DNA of 64,000 nt, taken from contig OX597816.1 of the NCBI GenBank assembly GCA_951406725.2, positions 119,784,001 to 119,848,000 on the forward strand. Direction: 5' to 3'. Positions 63,216-64,000 of the stretch are shown here, in pieces. The notes under the pieces were generated by a model, which was given only the letters and a program-made list of their open reading frames with translations, was not told where the DNA came from and made no database searches. Position numbers and translations under genes: made by a program. The DNA is from Octopus vulgaris (taxonomy: Eukaryota). The number at the start of each line of letters is the position of its first letter. Positions within the stretch are counted from its first letter, which is position 1.

Positions 63216-64000
63216 CTATGAAAATTAGAAATAAAATCAGGACTTTTTTTTAGACATAATATTGAAGAGCAAATAATTAAATTACAAAACTATATCTTTT
63301 ACATTCAAATCCGTTGCTTGCAAGCTGCAGAAAATTTGGTCCAATTGCTTTAATACATACATTCATTTTTGTTTCACAAAATAGACAGCAACATCCAATG
63401 CTATAAAGTTTGCCCTATGTTAGCCTTAACAGAGCAGACATCTAATCAAAGGTATTCAAGCTGTGATATTTTCTTTTTTCCATAGACTCAAAAAAAAAAA
63501 AATTCTGAGAGATAAGTTGAATGTTTTTTTCTCTTTTTTTTTTTTTTATTATAGCACTATCAAAATCAAGGATTGTCCAAATCACTTCTGTAATAGAAAA
63601 ATATATTCCCGAGTCCTATGCAAACATTTATCCTTTGCAGTTTTCCCTTTTAATTAACCAACAATGGTGGTTTTTATGTCAAATGCACACTTGTGTATAC
63701 ACTGTATTTTTGTTGGGAATAAAAATCCAATATATGGTACAGGCCATCAGTTCCGGTAAATTGTTTATATGGGCCAGCTCAACAGAAATAGAGTCAAAAC
63801 AGAAAGAAAAAAAAAGGACATGTAATTCAAACCATCCATAAAAATGTTTAGAGTTATTAAGTTTATGTTTAAGCAAAAACAATATAAAATTCCTAGACTA
63901 AAAAAAATTACAAGGATGTATCCCATCTCCTGAAGCACAACCTAAATGACACTATCAGATTTTTACAATAATAGGAATTTACATAGTTGAAGCAATTCTG

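Overview
AT-rich, repeat-dense eukaryotic genomic DNA. The tRNA-derived SINE families, RTE tails and (TA)n/(TACA)n microsatellites look like a coleoid cephalopod, most likely Octopus (inference). Two convergent spliced genes can be rebuilt by hand. (1) A complete IQCB1/NPHP5 orthologue on + with 14 coding exons (17341-43287), all GT-AG and phase-consistent, 1791 nt = 596 aa + stop. (2) The 3' part of a DP-family transcription factor gene (TFDP1/Dp) on -, entering from the right edge, with its stop at 54499 and a probable ~7.5 kb 3'UTR. The first 17 kb is intergenic transposon debris. Nearly all ORFs in the supplied track are microsatellite or repeat artefacts. Most interesting signals: a ~500 bp fold-back in IQCB1 intron 4 made of two inverted copies of a type I hammerhead-ribozyme-like, Penelope/retrozyme-type unit; a clean 10-aa deletion in a conserved DP segment; an RFX X-box inside IQCB1 intron 1; an AG|GTAAGG recursive-type splice site; a SINE insertion hot spot with a repeated target site; and a CpG-decay boundary consistent with gene-body methylation. 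I found no evidence of a new multi-gene system. Homology calls come from recalled protein sequences, not database searches, and repeat boundaries are approximate.
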